Source: Clostridiales bacterium
GTDB lineage: Bacteria > Bacillota > Clostridia > Saccharofermentanales > Saccharofermentanaceae
Direction: 5' to 3'
DNA length: 64,000 nt
Assembly (NCBI GenBank): GCA_017513085.1
Contig: JAFWDK010000029.1
Coordinates: 64,001-128,000, forward strand
The notes beneath the pieces were generated by a model. The model was not told the DNA's origin and did no database searches. It saw nothing but the letters and a program-made list of their open reading frames with translations. Below are positions 29,178 to 38,377 of this stretch, piece by piece. The stretch's first letter is position 1; each line of letters starts with the position of its first letter. A program made the translations under genes and the position numbers.

Positions 29178-30590
29178 TTATTTCCCGATGAGCGGAATGG
29201 AAAAGTCGATGACATAATCTGTCAGGCAGTAGGCCCTTATACTGAAGGCCCTGCCGTTGCCCTGGAGACGCACGGTTCTCATGCTTACACTGGTTCCAAC
29301 ATCGCTTTTGACTTTGTATCCTTCCGATTCGAAGCGCTCGATGATCAATTCGAACACGTCTTCCGAGAAATCCTCGTCACCAAGATAAACCAACAGATGG
29401 ACATAGGAATTCTCATCGTCGCCTTTGAAGACCGGATCACATTCATCCTTCGAGTACACATCCAGTGCGCTGATAAAGCGTTTGGCATCATTTCTGCTGA
29501 ATGACCAGGAGAACTTATCGGGATGAAGCAGGGAAGGATTATCGGATAGGATGAGCTTCTCGCAATACTCTTCCCGTGTCATCCCTGTGTGCACATCGGT
29601 GGTTTTCCAAAGGTTCTCGATGCACTCTTCTGCGGTCATATCATCCATATACACATAGATCGAATTGTCCGTGGCTTTTCCGTACGTGTCTTCATCGTTC
29701 TTTCCGGAGATATTTACGGCAGAAGTGTCTGCGCCTTCCGTGTCGATCACTCCACGCCCGTTTTGACTTGTCCCTTGAACCTGAGCATCATTCTTCTTTT
29801 GGGTGGAGGCATTATGTGTAAATCCTATAGTGATGCCGATTATTGCACCAATAACAACGACTGCCGCGATGCCTCCGTAAATTACTTTTTCCATTATGGT
29901 ACCTGTCCCTTTCTTTACTGCCTCGGCAGCAGTAGAAGTGGCTTCCCCTGTGGAAGCCTCAGCAGATGCGGACAGGTGGCTGAGCAGTGAAGCGGGCATG
30001 GGCTTAAAGGGCACCTGCTCGGCTTCTTTGATAAACAGTTTGCTTAAGAACGGCACGACCATAAACAACTTGGTGTCATTATCTTTTTCATATTTCTCGA
30101 CCTCCTTCTTGATTTTCTTCTTGGCGAAGCTTAGCCGCCAAAGAACTGTTCCCTGGGGAACACCAAGAACTTCGGAGATCTCTTTCGTCGTCATTTCATC
30201 GAAATAGTAGAGAATGAGAGTTTTTCTGATTTCTTCCGACAAGGACTTCTCGATAATGTCCATGATCACCTTTCTCATCTCGGCGGACTCGATAAGAGAG
30301 TCCGGAAGGAAATCCTCGGCCACATCCTCGACGTTCTCGAAGAATTCGTCTTCTACATTGACGGTCTTTGTCAGTTTGATCCGGTCAAGACATTTGTTAG
30401 CTGCTGTTTTCTTCAGCCAGGCGTGGACCTTGCTCTTATCCTGGATCGAGTCGTAGGACTTGATCAGGGAGAGAAAAGTCTCCTGGACGATGTCCTCTGC
30501 ATCGGCCTCGTTCTTAAGAAGAGACATGGCCGTCCAGTACACCGCACGGTACGAGTCATTGTAGATCTTTTCGAGTTCTTGGTTTGTCAC
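29178..30590 (-). CDS. ECF sigma factor fused to a TM helix and extracytoplasmic domain
   Basis: Sigma2 (DAEDIVQETF, HAWLKKTAANKCLD) and sigma4 (TKEISEVLGVPQGTVLWRL), then a TM segment and a ~190-aa domain; GTG start with GGAGG. Confidence 0.85.
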   Translation of the reverse strand: MTNQELEKIYNDSYRAVYWTAMSLLKNEADAEDIVQETFLSLIKSYDSIQDKSKVHAWLKKTAANKCLDRIKLTKTVNVEDEFFENVEDVAEDFLPDSLIESAEMRKVIMDIIEKSLSEEIRKTLILYYFDEMTTKEISEVLGVPQGTVLWRLSFAKKKIKKEVEKYEKDNDTKLFMVVPFLSKLFIKEAEQVPFKPMPASLLSHLSASAEASTGEATSTAAEAVKKGTGTIMEKVIYGGIAAVVVIGAIIGITIGFTHNASTQKKNDAQVQGTSQNGRGVIDTEGADTSAVNISGKNDEDTYGKATDNSIYVYMDDMTAEECIENLWKTTDVHTGMTREEYCEKLILSDNPSLLHPDKFSWSFSRNDAKRFISALDVYSKDECDPVFKGDDENSYVHLLVYLGDEDFSEDVFELIIERFESEGYKVKSDVGTSVSMRTVRLQGNGRAFSIRAYCLTDYVIDFSIPLIGK

Positions 30591-30610
30591 TTTTTTCGCC
30601 TCCTGTTTAT

Positions 30611-30658
30611 CCGCATCTGTCCTATAGACGAATAGAGGAAGAGGTTTATTGGGTGGTT
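30611..30658 (-). promoter_or_regulatory. Putative autoregulatory ECF promoter of the sigma fusion
   Basis: Same conserved blocks and spacing as 29109-29156; CGTC-type -10. Confidence 0.7.
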
Positions 30659-30801
30659 AGAGAAATATTTCTTTCTTTTCTGTCTTCAGTATATCAGAGA
30701 ATCGTAGCACGTCTATCGAAGAAATAATTACCAAAATAGTAAAACCAAGAACAGAAGAAACAAGAAACCCCGAAACCATTGCGGTATCGGGGTTTTCTTT
30801 C

Positions 30802-30847
30802 TGGAGCCGATTGCGAGACTCGAACTCGCGACCTGCTGATTACAAAT
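30802..30847 (-). repeat. att copy 1: 3' 46 bp of tRNA-Thr
   Basis: Identical to 36411-36456 and 48970-49015; adjacent terminator hairpin at 30766-30794. Confidence 0.95.
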
Positions 30848-31496
30848 GGAAAAGAAGGTGTATTTCATCGTGACATATGATGGCATAAATGCCTGCAATC
30901 ACGAGCTTTTCTGTGATAAAGGTTTCCTCATCATGGAGCTGGATGTGGATAGCAGGAAATTTAGCGGCATGAATGGAAAGGTGAATCAGTATCCATACAT
31001 TGTAGTGAATGAGAATATGTCTCCGGAGAGGAAGCGATCAACGATCGCGCATGAACTCGTTCATATCATGTTCTCGGATAAGAATTGTTCAGAAGAAGCA
31101 GAGAAAGAAAAACGAGCAACAGCCGTAGCCGGTGCATTTCTCATTTCAATCGATGATGTCCATAGAGAACTTGGCTCCCATAGGACACGTGTTACCAAGG
31201 ATTATATATTGACTTGCGAAGAATACGGTATATCCATGTATCTTCTGGTAAAGCGCGCTGCTTTGGCAGGGATTATATCATCCAGTTTGGAGAAGAACTT
31301 CTATATTCGAGCAAACAAAGCAGGATATCAAACGAATGAACCTGTGTACATTAAAGATCCGGAGTCGCCAACACTTCTGCGTCAACTGGTATACAGAGCG
31401 GTTAACGAGGAAGGCTTGTCGATGGCGCGCGGAGCAGAATTACTCGGGACTAGTATTGCGGAAATGGAGCAGTTTTGTGGATTGGCGGTGACTTGA
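30846..31496 (+). pseudogene. 5'-truncated ImmA/IrrE (peptidase M78) gene
   Basis: ERKRSTIAHELVH, AVAGAFLI and EEYGISM motifs; no N-terminal HTH, no RBS; the ATG is formed at the att junction. Confidence 0.7.
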
Positions 31497-31509
31497 TTTG
31501 GAATATATC

Positions 31510-31548
31510 AGTAATCTTATACGCATCGCTTCTTTTCTGAATCTGCAT
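31510..31548 (-). pseudogene. Integrase N-terminal stub (MQIQKRSDAYKIT)
   Basis: Near-identical to the first 13 codons, RBS and upstream region of the integrase starting at 39550. Confidence 0.85.
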
Positions 31549-31675
31549 AGTATCACCTCCTGAACACTTGAGAATAAGCGCTTTTTCAGCTGTGCTGCAT
31601 ACATTGCAAATCGGACTCTGTCCCAATATTGGGACAGAATTATTTGGCGCGCCGTATTGTTTTCAAAATGCAAAT

Positions 31676-31736
31676 CGAAATGTTGTCGAAATGTTCCGAA
31701 ATGTTGCCGAAATGTCATAGAAAAGTTCCGAAATGT
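31676..31736. repeat. Helically phased CGAAATGT direct repeats
   Basis: Copies start at 31676, 31687, 31697, 31708, (31719 degenerate) and 31729; three more at 39690, 39701 and 39711. Confidence 0.85.
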
Positions 31737-31768
31737 CTGGTATTATCAACGTGTGAGGAGGTAGTGTT

Positions 31769-33172
31769 ATGAAAATCAGTGAGTTATTTCCCGATGTCAT
31801 GTGTGAAGATTTGAATTATGAGTATAAGGCTGTCTTGAACCCTGATCATATTGTCAAATGGGCAAAAACTATTGTTGGATTTGCAAATGATAAAGGCGGA
31901 ATAATATTCATAGGTGTTGCAAATGACGGAGAAACATTTGGCCTTTCACTTGAAGATATTGATGCTACGAAACTCCTTGTATCTCAGGTAAACGACAGAA
32001 ACATATTTCCTCATGTAAAGTATACATATATGTTGCGAAGTGTGGATGAAAAAGCAGAAAAGTACGTGTTGGCGCTTAAAGTCAAACCATCAGACTCGAT
32101 TGTAAGATACCGCGAGGGCGACTATAACGAGACAGTTTATATCAAAGGGGACGGAAACACAACTCCAGCAACCCCAGAAGAGATAATCGCATTGTCAAAG
32201 CGAAAATACGGGGTAGATAACGAAACAAGTGAAATCAAATATAGCAGCAGGGAATGGAAAGATTATTTAGATCTGTGCAAAGAATACCGGTCTGATTCAT
32301 CTGCTCCTACACTTAAAGAATTGCAAAATGAGGAAGTCGTTTCAAAGGATGGTTTTGCAAAAACGGGACTGCTCATGTTTAAAGACAATTATGAAGGTGA
32401 TGATACGCTGATTTGTTGCCGCCTTTGGAAGGGTGACAAGAAGATTGGAGATGCGCTTGATAGCGACAGGTTTAAAGGGCCGATTTCTACAGTTTTCAGA
32501 AATGCAATAAGATTTATCGAGCGTAATACAAAAACAGGCTGGCGCAAAGTTGAAGAAGGCGGACGAGAAGAAATTCGTTCTTATCCGGCAGAAGCAATAA
32601 GAGAAGCACTTGTTAATGCTATTGCCCATCGTGATTATTCGATTTCCGGTACTCAGATAGATATAGATATTTATAGTGACAGGATCGATATTGTCTCGCC
32701 AGGCTCATGGTTGCTTCCCAGATCATATGAAGAGTATCCTCTAGGTTCTATTCCTTCTATAAGGAGAAACGCAATAATCGCCGCATGTCTTGATATAGCA
32801 AATCTGATGGAGCGAGGCGGAACCGGATTTCAGACTATAATTGAAAGCTACAAAGATGCTGGGGAAGCAAAACAGCCCGGCGTATTAATATATCCGGGAT
32901 TCCTTGATTTGCGGCTTTTTGATTTGTTGTATGATACACAGACAGTAAATGAAGATCTCTCTGATAAGGATAAAGTCATAGAGTTGCTTCGAGTAAAGCC
33001 TTGTTCTGTAAAAGAATTGCAAGCGGTAACGCACTATAGCAGTAGGAGTACTTTTTTGTCGGAGATACTTAATCCGTTATTAAAAGAGGGCATAGTTTAT
33101 CGTGAGGGTAATCCTAAATCGCCGAGGTCTTTGATTAAAATCTCAAATCCATCGCAACATAACAAAACCTGA
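31769..33172 (+). CDS. Schlafen/AlbA_2 + HATPase_c_4 + winged-HTH protein
   Basis: EDLNYEYK, IVGFANDKGGIIFIGV; YPAEAIREALVNAIAHRDY, RIDIVSPG, RNAIIA, MERGGTG. Confidence 0.9.
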   Translation: MKISELFPDVMCEDLNYEYKAVLNPDHIVKWAKTIVGFANDKGGIIFIGVANDGETFGLSLEDIDATKLLVSQVNDRNIFPHVKYTYMLRSVDEKAEKYVLALKVKPSDSIVRYREGDYNETVYIKGDGNTTPATPEEIIALSKRKYGVDNETSEIKYSSREWKDYLDLCKEYRSDSSAPTLKELQNEEVVSKDGFAKTGLLMFKDNYEGDDTLICCRLWKGDKKIGDALDSDRFKGPISTVFRNAIRFIERNTKTGWRKVEEGGREEIRSYPAEAIREALVNAIAHRDYSISGTQIDIDIYSDRIDIVSPGSWLLPRSYEEYPLGSIPSIRRNAIIAACLDIANLMERGGTGFQTIIESYKDAGEAKQPGVLIYPGFLDLRLFDLLYDTQTVNEDLSDKDKVIELLRVKPCSVKELQAVTHYSSRSTFLSEILNPLLKEGIVYREGNPKSPRSLIKISNPSQHNKT

Positions 33173-33487
33173 GACTGACTGATTACCGTCAACGACCGTC
33201 AACTCTCGTTGATCATCGTTGATCATAAGTATATATCGGTAGCTGCCCAATATTGACCCAGTGGAAGAGGCAATTCATTCTCACGCCCAGCACGCCCAAA
33301 CGAATCCTCACGAACACGCAGCAAGAATAAAACCAGCGCAAATTCTTACCTCTTTTGTTAAAAAAGACAAAATACAATCCGATATATGTGAATATTTGTG
33401 CCAAGTGACGATTTCTCAATTTTATTGTAAGAATAACGACTATAATATCGCTATATGTGTTGAAAGATGACGCGGAGGACAATGCGT

Positions 33488-34045
33488 ATGGATGACGGAA
33501 AGATTGTAGATTTGTTTCTAGCAAGAGATGAAAATGCAATCAGACAGGTGTCGCTAAAATATGGAGGCCTATTGAGAACAGTATCCTACAGGATAACCGA
33601 AGATATTGAAACAGCCAAAGAATGCGAGAATGATACATATTTGCAAGCGTGGAATCTAATTCCGCCACACAAACCATATGATTATTTGATCGCATTTCTG
33701 TCAAGAATAGTTCGTAACGTTTCTATAGATCGTTGTCTTCGCGAGGAACGGTTAAAACGAAAAGGATACCTTGTAGAGTTGTCTGTTGAGATGGAGCAGT
33801 TCCTTCCTGCGGAAGAGTCAATCGAAACAGAAATTGATCGGAAAGTATTGGCAGATGCAATTAGTAACTTTCTTTTGATGCAGTCCAAAGAAAAACGCAT
33901 AATCTTCATGCGACGATACTTTGAATTTGAAACAGTCTCATCGATTTCAAAGAATATGCGATGTAAAGAAAGCAGAGTTTATACTCTACTCCATCGAATG
34001 AGACAAGATCTCCGAAAGTATTTGAAGAAGGAGGAAGTTATATGA
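33488..34045 (+). CDS. ECF sigma factor, cassette 1
   Basis: MDDGKIVDLFLARDENAI, ECENDTYLQAWNLIPP, IFMRRYF; paralog of cassettes 2-4. Confidence 0.9.
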   Translation: MDDGKIVDLFLARDENAIRQVSLKYGGLLRTVSYRITEDIETAKECENDTYLQAWNLIPPHKPYDYLIAFLSRIVRNVSIDRCLREERLKRKGYLVELSVEMEQFLPAEESIETEIDRKVLADAISNFLLMQSKEKRIIFMRRYFEFETVSSISKNMRCKESRVYTLLHRMRQDLRKYLKKEEVI

Positions 34046-34548
34046 GTTTCGAGGAAAGATTGCTACTGATATCAGATATAGATAGCAAGTTAATAGAAGA
34101 ACTTGCTGATGATTATAGAAATGAACAGAAGAAATCAGTAACAAAACTGCAAATAGGTGTGATTGTGGGTATTTGCGCTACGCTGGCTTTGGTTATTGGG
34201 ATTTTTTTGTGGAAAAATGGCTCGCGACCCCAAAATACTATAGAGAGTTCTTCCACTGACGTTACTTATTTTGCTTTGAATTCAATAGTAACTATTAATG
34301 GAATTGAATATGTTCCTTCTGGTCCAGCAACCTTTCGAGAATATACACTCCCAGCCAATAACGATATTACGGAAGCTGATCTAGGTAAAAGCATTGGAGA
34401 AGTAGAGCATTGCATTTCTTCACCTGAATTGTTGGGAAAGAAAGCATACTTCTATTCTAAAGACCAGAGTAATGGAATGGTTATCATTCTTGATATCGGT
34501 GGAACTTATGAATTCTATGAACGTGTAGATGGAGGAGGTGATAAATAA
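34042..34548 (+). CDS. Putative anti-sigma factor, cassette 1
   Basis: ATGA overlap with sigma; N-terminal ISDIDSKLIEE, single TM, short external domain. Confidence 0.75.
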   Translation: MSFEERLLLISDIDSKLIEELADDYRNEQKKSVTKLQIGVIVGICATLALVIGIFLWKNGSRPQNTIESSSTDVTYFALNSIVTINGIEYVPSGPATFREYTLPANNDITEADLGKSIGEVEHCISSPELLGKKAYFYSKDQSNGMVIILDIGGTYEFYERVDGGGDK

Positions 34549-34617
34549 TAACAGGAATTATGACTTTAATGTAACTTCCAGACACCCAAGAACAAGTCTT
34601 TAAAAGGAGGGACTCAT

Positions 34618-35268
34618 ATGAAAAAGATTGCAATAGGAATGAAGTTTTTATGTGCACTGCTTACGGCATCACTGATCTTTACTTCTGGTTCCGTAGTAGA
34701 AGCAAGTGGATCTGAAGAAGTGATTACATTAGAAGCAGCAGTTGATTCTGAAAACAACTCATTGGATTCAAATACCATTTCAGAAGCAGATTTTGAGTAT
34801 TCAAATTTGATAAATCAAGAATTTGATACTTTGGTAGCGCACTGGGGCGGAGAGTACCCAATATACTATGCAGGGGCATTCATTGCCGATAGGCAGTTTA
34901 CTATTTTAGTAACATGCGAACCACAAGATGTTCAGGATGAGATTTGGACTATAACAGGAAACAGAGATATCATTGTCGCTAAGGCATCGAACTCGTACAA
35001 TGACTTGAAGAACCTTCAGGACCAGATTACCGAGTTGGTGACAAACTTGCAATCAGAGGGAGATCGTGTAGCAAATCTTGTTGTCGGGATAGGTGTAGAC
35101 GAAATCCAAAATGACGTTTTTGTAGAAGTACTAAACATGGATGAAACTGTTCGAGAAGAAGTAGAAACAATGCTTGAAGCATATAGTTCAGTTCGTCTAG
35201 TAGCTAAGGATTCTCCCTATGAAGAAATGACAAATATTCTCAGTAGCATGAATGGGAGCCTCTACTAA
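34618..35268 (+). CDS. Secreted acidic protein, resembling a protease pro-region without a catalytic domain
   Basis: Signal peptide; YYAGAFI, SYNDLKNLQDQI and GIGVDEIQNDVFVEV; RBS AAGGAGG. Confidence 0.6.
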   Translation: MKKIAIGMKFLCALLTASLIFTSGSVVEASGSEEVITLEAAVDSENNSLDSNTISEADFEYSNLINQEFDTLVAHWGGEYPIYYAGAFIADRQFTILVTCEPQDVQDEIWTITGNRDIIVAKASNSYNDLKNLQDQITELVTNLQSEGDRVANLVVGIGVDEIQNDVFVEVLNMDETVREEVETMLEAYSSVRLVAKDSPYEEMTNILSSMNGSLY

Positions 35269-35747
35269 TGGATAACAAGAAAAAATATATTTTGATTGCG
35301 GGAGCACTTTTGATCCTTAACCTCGGTTTCACATCTTGTTCTTCTAAAGCAAGTAATCCATACCAAGAGAAATCGAGTGTTGTTTATCAGGTAACTGAAT
35401 CCACTGTGTCTATCAAAGCCAGCGTTTTACCTAATCAAGTGCTGGATCTAAGTATTATGAATCAGAGCTCAAAACATTGTTCGATTGGAGAGGATTATGC
35501 TATTGAATACAACTTTGAGGGAGATTGGTATGTTGTGCCAATCAAACCCAACACAGCTTTTCCGGCAATCGGCTATTTCATCGAACCAGGCGAAGAACGT
35601 TCTTTTACTGTTGAACTTAAGGAGTATTTTGACGTTCTGCCTTCTGGGCACTATCGTATTATCAAGGAGATGATCCTTCGTGACGATGTAGATGAATTTG
35701 CCAATGAGAATAACAGAGGTATCCTTGTAGCAGAGTTTGATATCTGA
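35268..35747 (+). CDS. Lipoprotein with Ig-like domain
   Basis: Lipobox FTSC; GEDYAIE..GDWYVVP, IEPGEE, LPSGHYRIIKE. Confidence 0.75.
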   Translation: MDNKKKYILIAGALLILNLGFTSCSSKASNPYQEKSSVVYQVTESTVSIKASVLPNQVLDLSIMNQSSKHCSIGEDYAIEYNFEGDWYVVPIKPNTAFPAIGYFIEPGEERSFTVELKEYFDVLPSGHYRIIKEMILRDDVDEFANENNRGILVAEFDI

Positions 35748-35831
35748 TTCTTGAGCTTCAGCTCATTGAGAGAAGTTTTAATTTGTAAATGGGAGGCGAG
35801 TGTTTTGAGAATACGACAAAAATGTATATTG

Positions 35832-36182
35832 ATGAGCATAGTTTATGATCAAAAAGTGATTGGAATCATCACTCTTCTTCGAGGCGATGACGGATCGATA
35901 ATGACTACAGTTTCCAAGAAACCAGACACAGTAGTCATGGGATTTGACGGGCCGGTCCCATCTGTTATTGAAGTGTTGGATTCACTTCTGAAATCGGCTC
36001 CGAATGAAAAGTATCTGGTGGCATATTATGGTGCGTTTGCGTATTTGCTTGATTCAAACAATGCGTTTCATTGCTTGGGTGAGAATAATAATCTGATTAC
36101 TGTTACGAACGGAGAAACTTTATACAAAAATCTATATAACGAACAGTCTACAGTTTCCGGTGAGATTCTAGATGAGAAGTAA
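35832..36182 (+). CDS. Hypothetical protein or gene fragment
   Basis: Open frame with protein-like composition; start uncertain, no clear RBS. Confidence 0.4.
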   Translation: MSIVYDQKVIGIITLLRGDDGSIMTTVSKKPDTVVMGFDGPVPSVIEVLDSLLKSAPNEKYLVAYYGAFAYLLDSNNAFHCLGENNNLITVTNGETLYKNLYNEQSTVSGEILDEK

Positions 36183-36410
36183 GTTTCTTAGTTTATAGCG
36201 GATTCATACCTTTTGAGAAGCACGAAAGATGCGATATGAATTGGCTGGAATACGAATGTTGTGGCATTGTTTGGCATAATGCTATATAGGTGAGAAAAAA
36301 CATGACTGTCCCCAAATTGTCCCCAAATCAGAGGAAAATGCCCGTTTCTGGACGGTTCCTTAGAGGAAACAAGAAACCCCGCAACCGTTGTGGATGCGGG
36401 GTTTTCGCTT

Positions 36411-36456
36411 TGGAGCCGATTGCGAGACTCGAACTCGCGACCTGCTGATTACAAAT
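36411..36456 (-). repeat. att copy 2 (junction between elements A and B)
   Basis: 46 bp identical to the tRNA-Thr 3' part, beginning at the anticodon loop. Confidence 0.95.
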
Positions 36457-36570
36457 AGCGGAAGGGGTGTTTTTTATCGTTTTATAAATGCGCCTTTGAT
36501 GCCTGAAAACAGGGCGTTTGACAGATTTATCGTCGCTTATCGTTTTGCCTGTTTTTATATGATTTTTTGT

Positions 36571-36596
36571 AAAATAAACACCAAATAAACACCAAA
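36571..36596. repeat. Putative integrase arm-type sites (AAATAAACACC x2), left end of B
   Basis: 26 bp identical to 48862-48887; TTATCGT repeats lie between core and arm. Confidence 0.75.
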
Positions 36597-36752
36597 AATC
36601 GTTTCAGGATACTTGCTGGCATCTTTAGCTTTTTCTTTTTGAGAAGAGAAAAACGTGATGACTTTTCAGAAATTTTCCCAATAGTGTAACCATATGTGAG
36701 AAAATGTCGCTAATAAGGGTGAATGCGCATGAAGAAAACGGAGGAGAGTTTC

Positions 36753-37313
36753 TTGGAAGACGATAAGATCGTAGATTTATTCTTATCCAGAGACGAACAG
36801 GCTATCACTGAGACGTCAAAGAAATACGGCAAGCGGCTTCGACGGATCGCATTTGATATCCTGTGCGACCACGAGGCGGCGGAAGAGTGCGAGAACGATG
36901 CGTACTTAAAGACATGGAACCTGATTCCACCTCACGAACCGCGGACCTACCTCTTTGCATTTGTCGGAAGGATCATCAGACACTGTGCGCTGGATATCTG
37001 TAAGGCCAATCGCCGGCAGAAGCGGTATGCCGTGTATAGTGAACTGACACAGGAGATGCAGGAATGTATTCCGGCGCCCTATTCTACAGAAGCGGAGATG
37101 GACAGGCTTTGCCTCAAGGAACTCTTGGAAACCTTTCTGGATTCCTGCTCTGAAGAGCAGCAGAGAGTGTTTGTTAGAAGATACTGGTACTTCGAATCCG
37201 TCGAAAGTATTGCCAAAAGATATGGTATGACGCAAAGCAAAGTCAAGACAGTGCTTTTCCGGATGAGAAAGAAACTGAAAGAGAATCTGAAAAATGGAGG
37301 TTATTCACTATGA
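36753..37313 (+). CDS. ECF sigma factor, cassette 2
   Basis: EDDKIVDLFLSRDEQAI, ECENDAYLKTWNLIPP, VFVRRYW; TTG start after GGAGGAG (ATG 36723 is an alternative). Confidence 0.9.
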   Translation: MEDDKIVDLFLSRDEQAITETSKKYGKRLRRIAFDILCDHEAAEECENDAYLKTWNLIPPHEPRTYLFAFVGRIIRHCALDICKANRRQKRYAVYSELTQEMQECIPAPYSTEAEMDRLCLKELLETFLDSCSEEQQRVFVRRYWYFESVESIAKRYGMTQSKVKTVLFRMRKKLKENLKNGGYSL

Positions 37314-38329
37314 CGGGTCACGATTTATTGGATACTTTAGGCGATATTGATGCCCGATTCCTTCGGAACGAGGCGGATATGCAGGCAAAGAACGACGGAA
37401 AATACATGTGGTTGGCTGTTGCTGCCGCGCTTCTGGTGATTGCAGGGGGCGTCTATGTCGTTTCAAGATTTGTTCTGCCAGGAAGGCAGGAGGCGAAAGC
37501 CACAGCTGCCGTCACGTATACTGCGCCATCAGAAACGACGAATACTGTCCCAACGTCTTCCACCAATGCGCCGGACAGTAAAGAGCAGGGGGTCTTTGTT
37601 CCTGAAATCGTCCTTCCGGAATCGGAAGAGAAAGGGGCATTGGTGATGATGGATATGGTCGGATTAGTGGTCTATAAGGGCGGCATCTATACGCAGGCTG
37701 AGTACTATGGCGAGCAGGATCTGGAAAAAGTTTCGGAACTGATCGGCGAGCGCCTCGGAACGGCGAAAGGAAATCTGGATGAGTGGTCTTCACAGGATGA
37801 GTACGCGACTGAGTTTGCATCGAATATGGCAGGGGAGGTCTATACGGTCAAGGGCTATGACCCGGACTTCAGAATATGTGTATGTGTATACGAAAATGAT
37901 GATATCCTCCGAATGGTCATGTTCATGGAGCGGATGAATAATATCACGCTTGCCACAGGAGAAGATATCTTCGAGACCCGGTTACACATATACGGGAATG
38001 TGAAATCGGTTCAGAAACAGAGTCAGGAGGATTGGAATAATGGCAGAGGGAACCGAAGTGATGTTTCGATCAGTGACGAAGTCTGGGACGCCTTCTGGAG
38101 AAGCACTAACGAGGCACCTGTCGTTGATACCTGGTCGGACGTGAACGAGGCGGAGAAGTGGTATCGGGAAGGGAAAATCGTTCATCTGTATCTCGAGATG
38201 GAAGACGGGACAGTGAACCATATCCGGCTAAAAGAAGGCGGATATGTCGGCTACACCATAACCCAGGATTCTTTTTGGGTAAAGATCCCTCTTGAAGACT
38301 TTAACAAAGTTTTCGAAGAAGTTCAGTAG
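37310..38329 (+). CDS. Putative anti-sigma factor, cassette 2
   Basis: ATGA overlap; LGDIDARFL N-terminus, TM, Thr-rich linker, large external domain. Confidence 0.78.
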   Translation: MTGHDLLDTLGDIDARFLRNEADMQAKNDGKYMWLAVAAALLVIAGGVYVVSRFVLPGRQEAKATAAVTYTAPSETTNTVPTSSTNAPDSKEQGVFVPEIVLPESEEKGALVMMDMVGLVVYKGGIYTQAEYYGEQDLEKVSELIGERLGTAKGNLDEWSSQDEYATEFASNMAGEVYTVKGYDPDFRICVCVYENDDILRMVMFMERMNNITLATGEDIFETRLHIYGNVKSVQKQSQEDWNNGRGNRSDVSISDEVWDAFWRSTNEAPVVDTWSDVNEAEKWYREGKIVHLYLEMEDGTVNHIRLKEGGYVGYTITQDSFWVKIPLEDFNKVFEEVQ

Positions 38330-38377
38330 TAATGTTGTCCCTCCATTCATTTGCATTATGTTCATGAATGGGGGCTT

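Larger units (their letters stand above)
30802..36456. mobile_element. Element A: decayed tRNA-Thr-integrated element
   Basis: Bounded by 46-bp att copies; only a 13-codon integrase stub remains; carries AlbA/HATPase and an ECF cassette; visibly AT-richer than the flanks. Confidence 0.85.

Noticed and set aside
31676-31736. CRISPR-like repeats
   Set aside because: 8-bp units at 10-11-bp period with no spacers and no cas genes; no CRISPR array seen in the window
30802-36456. Two additional tRNA-Thr genes
   Set aside because: Only the 3' 46 nt are present, with no D-arm or 5' acceptor strand; these are att sites
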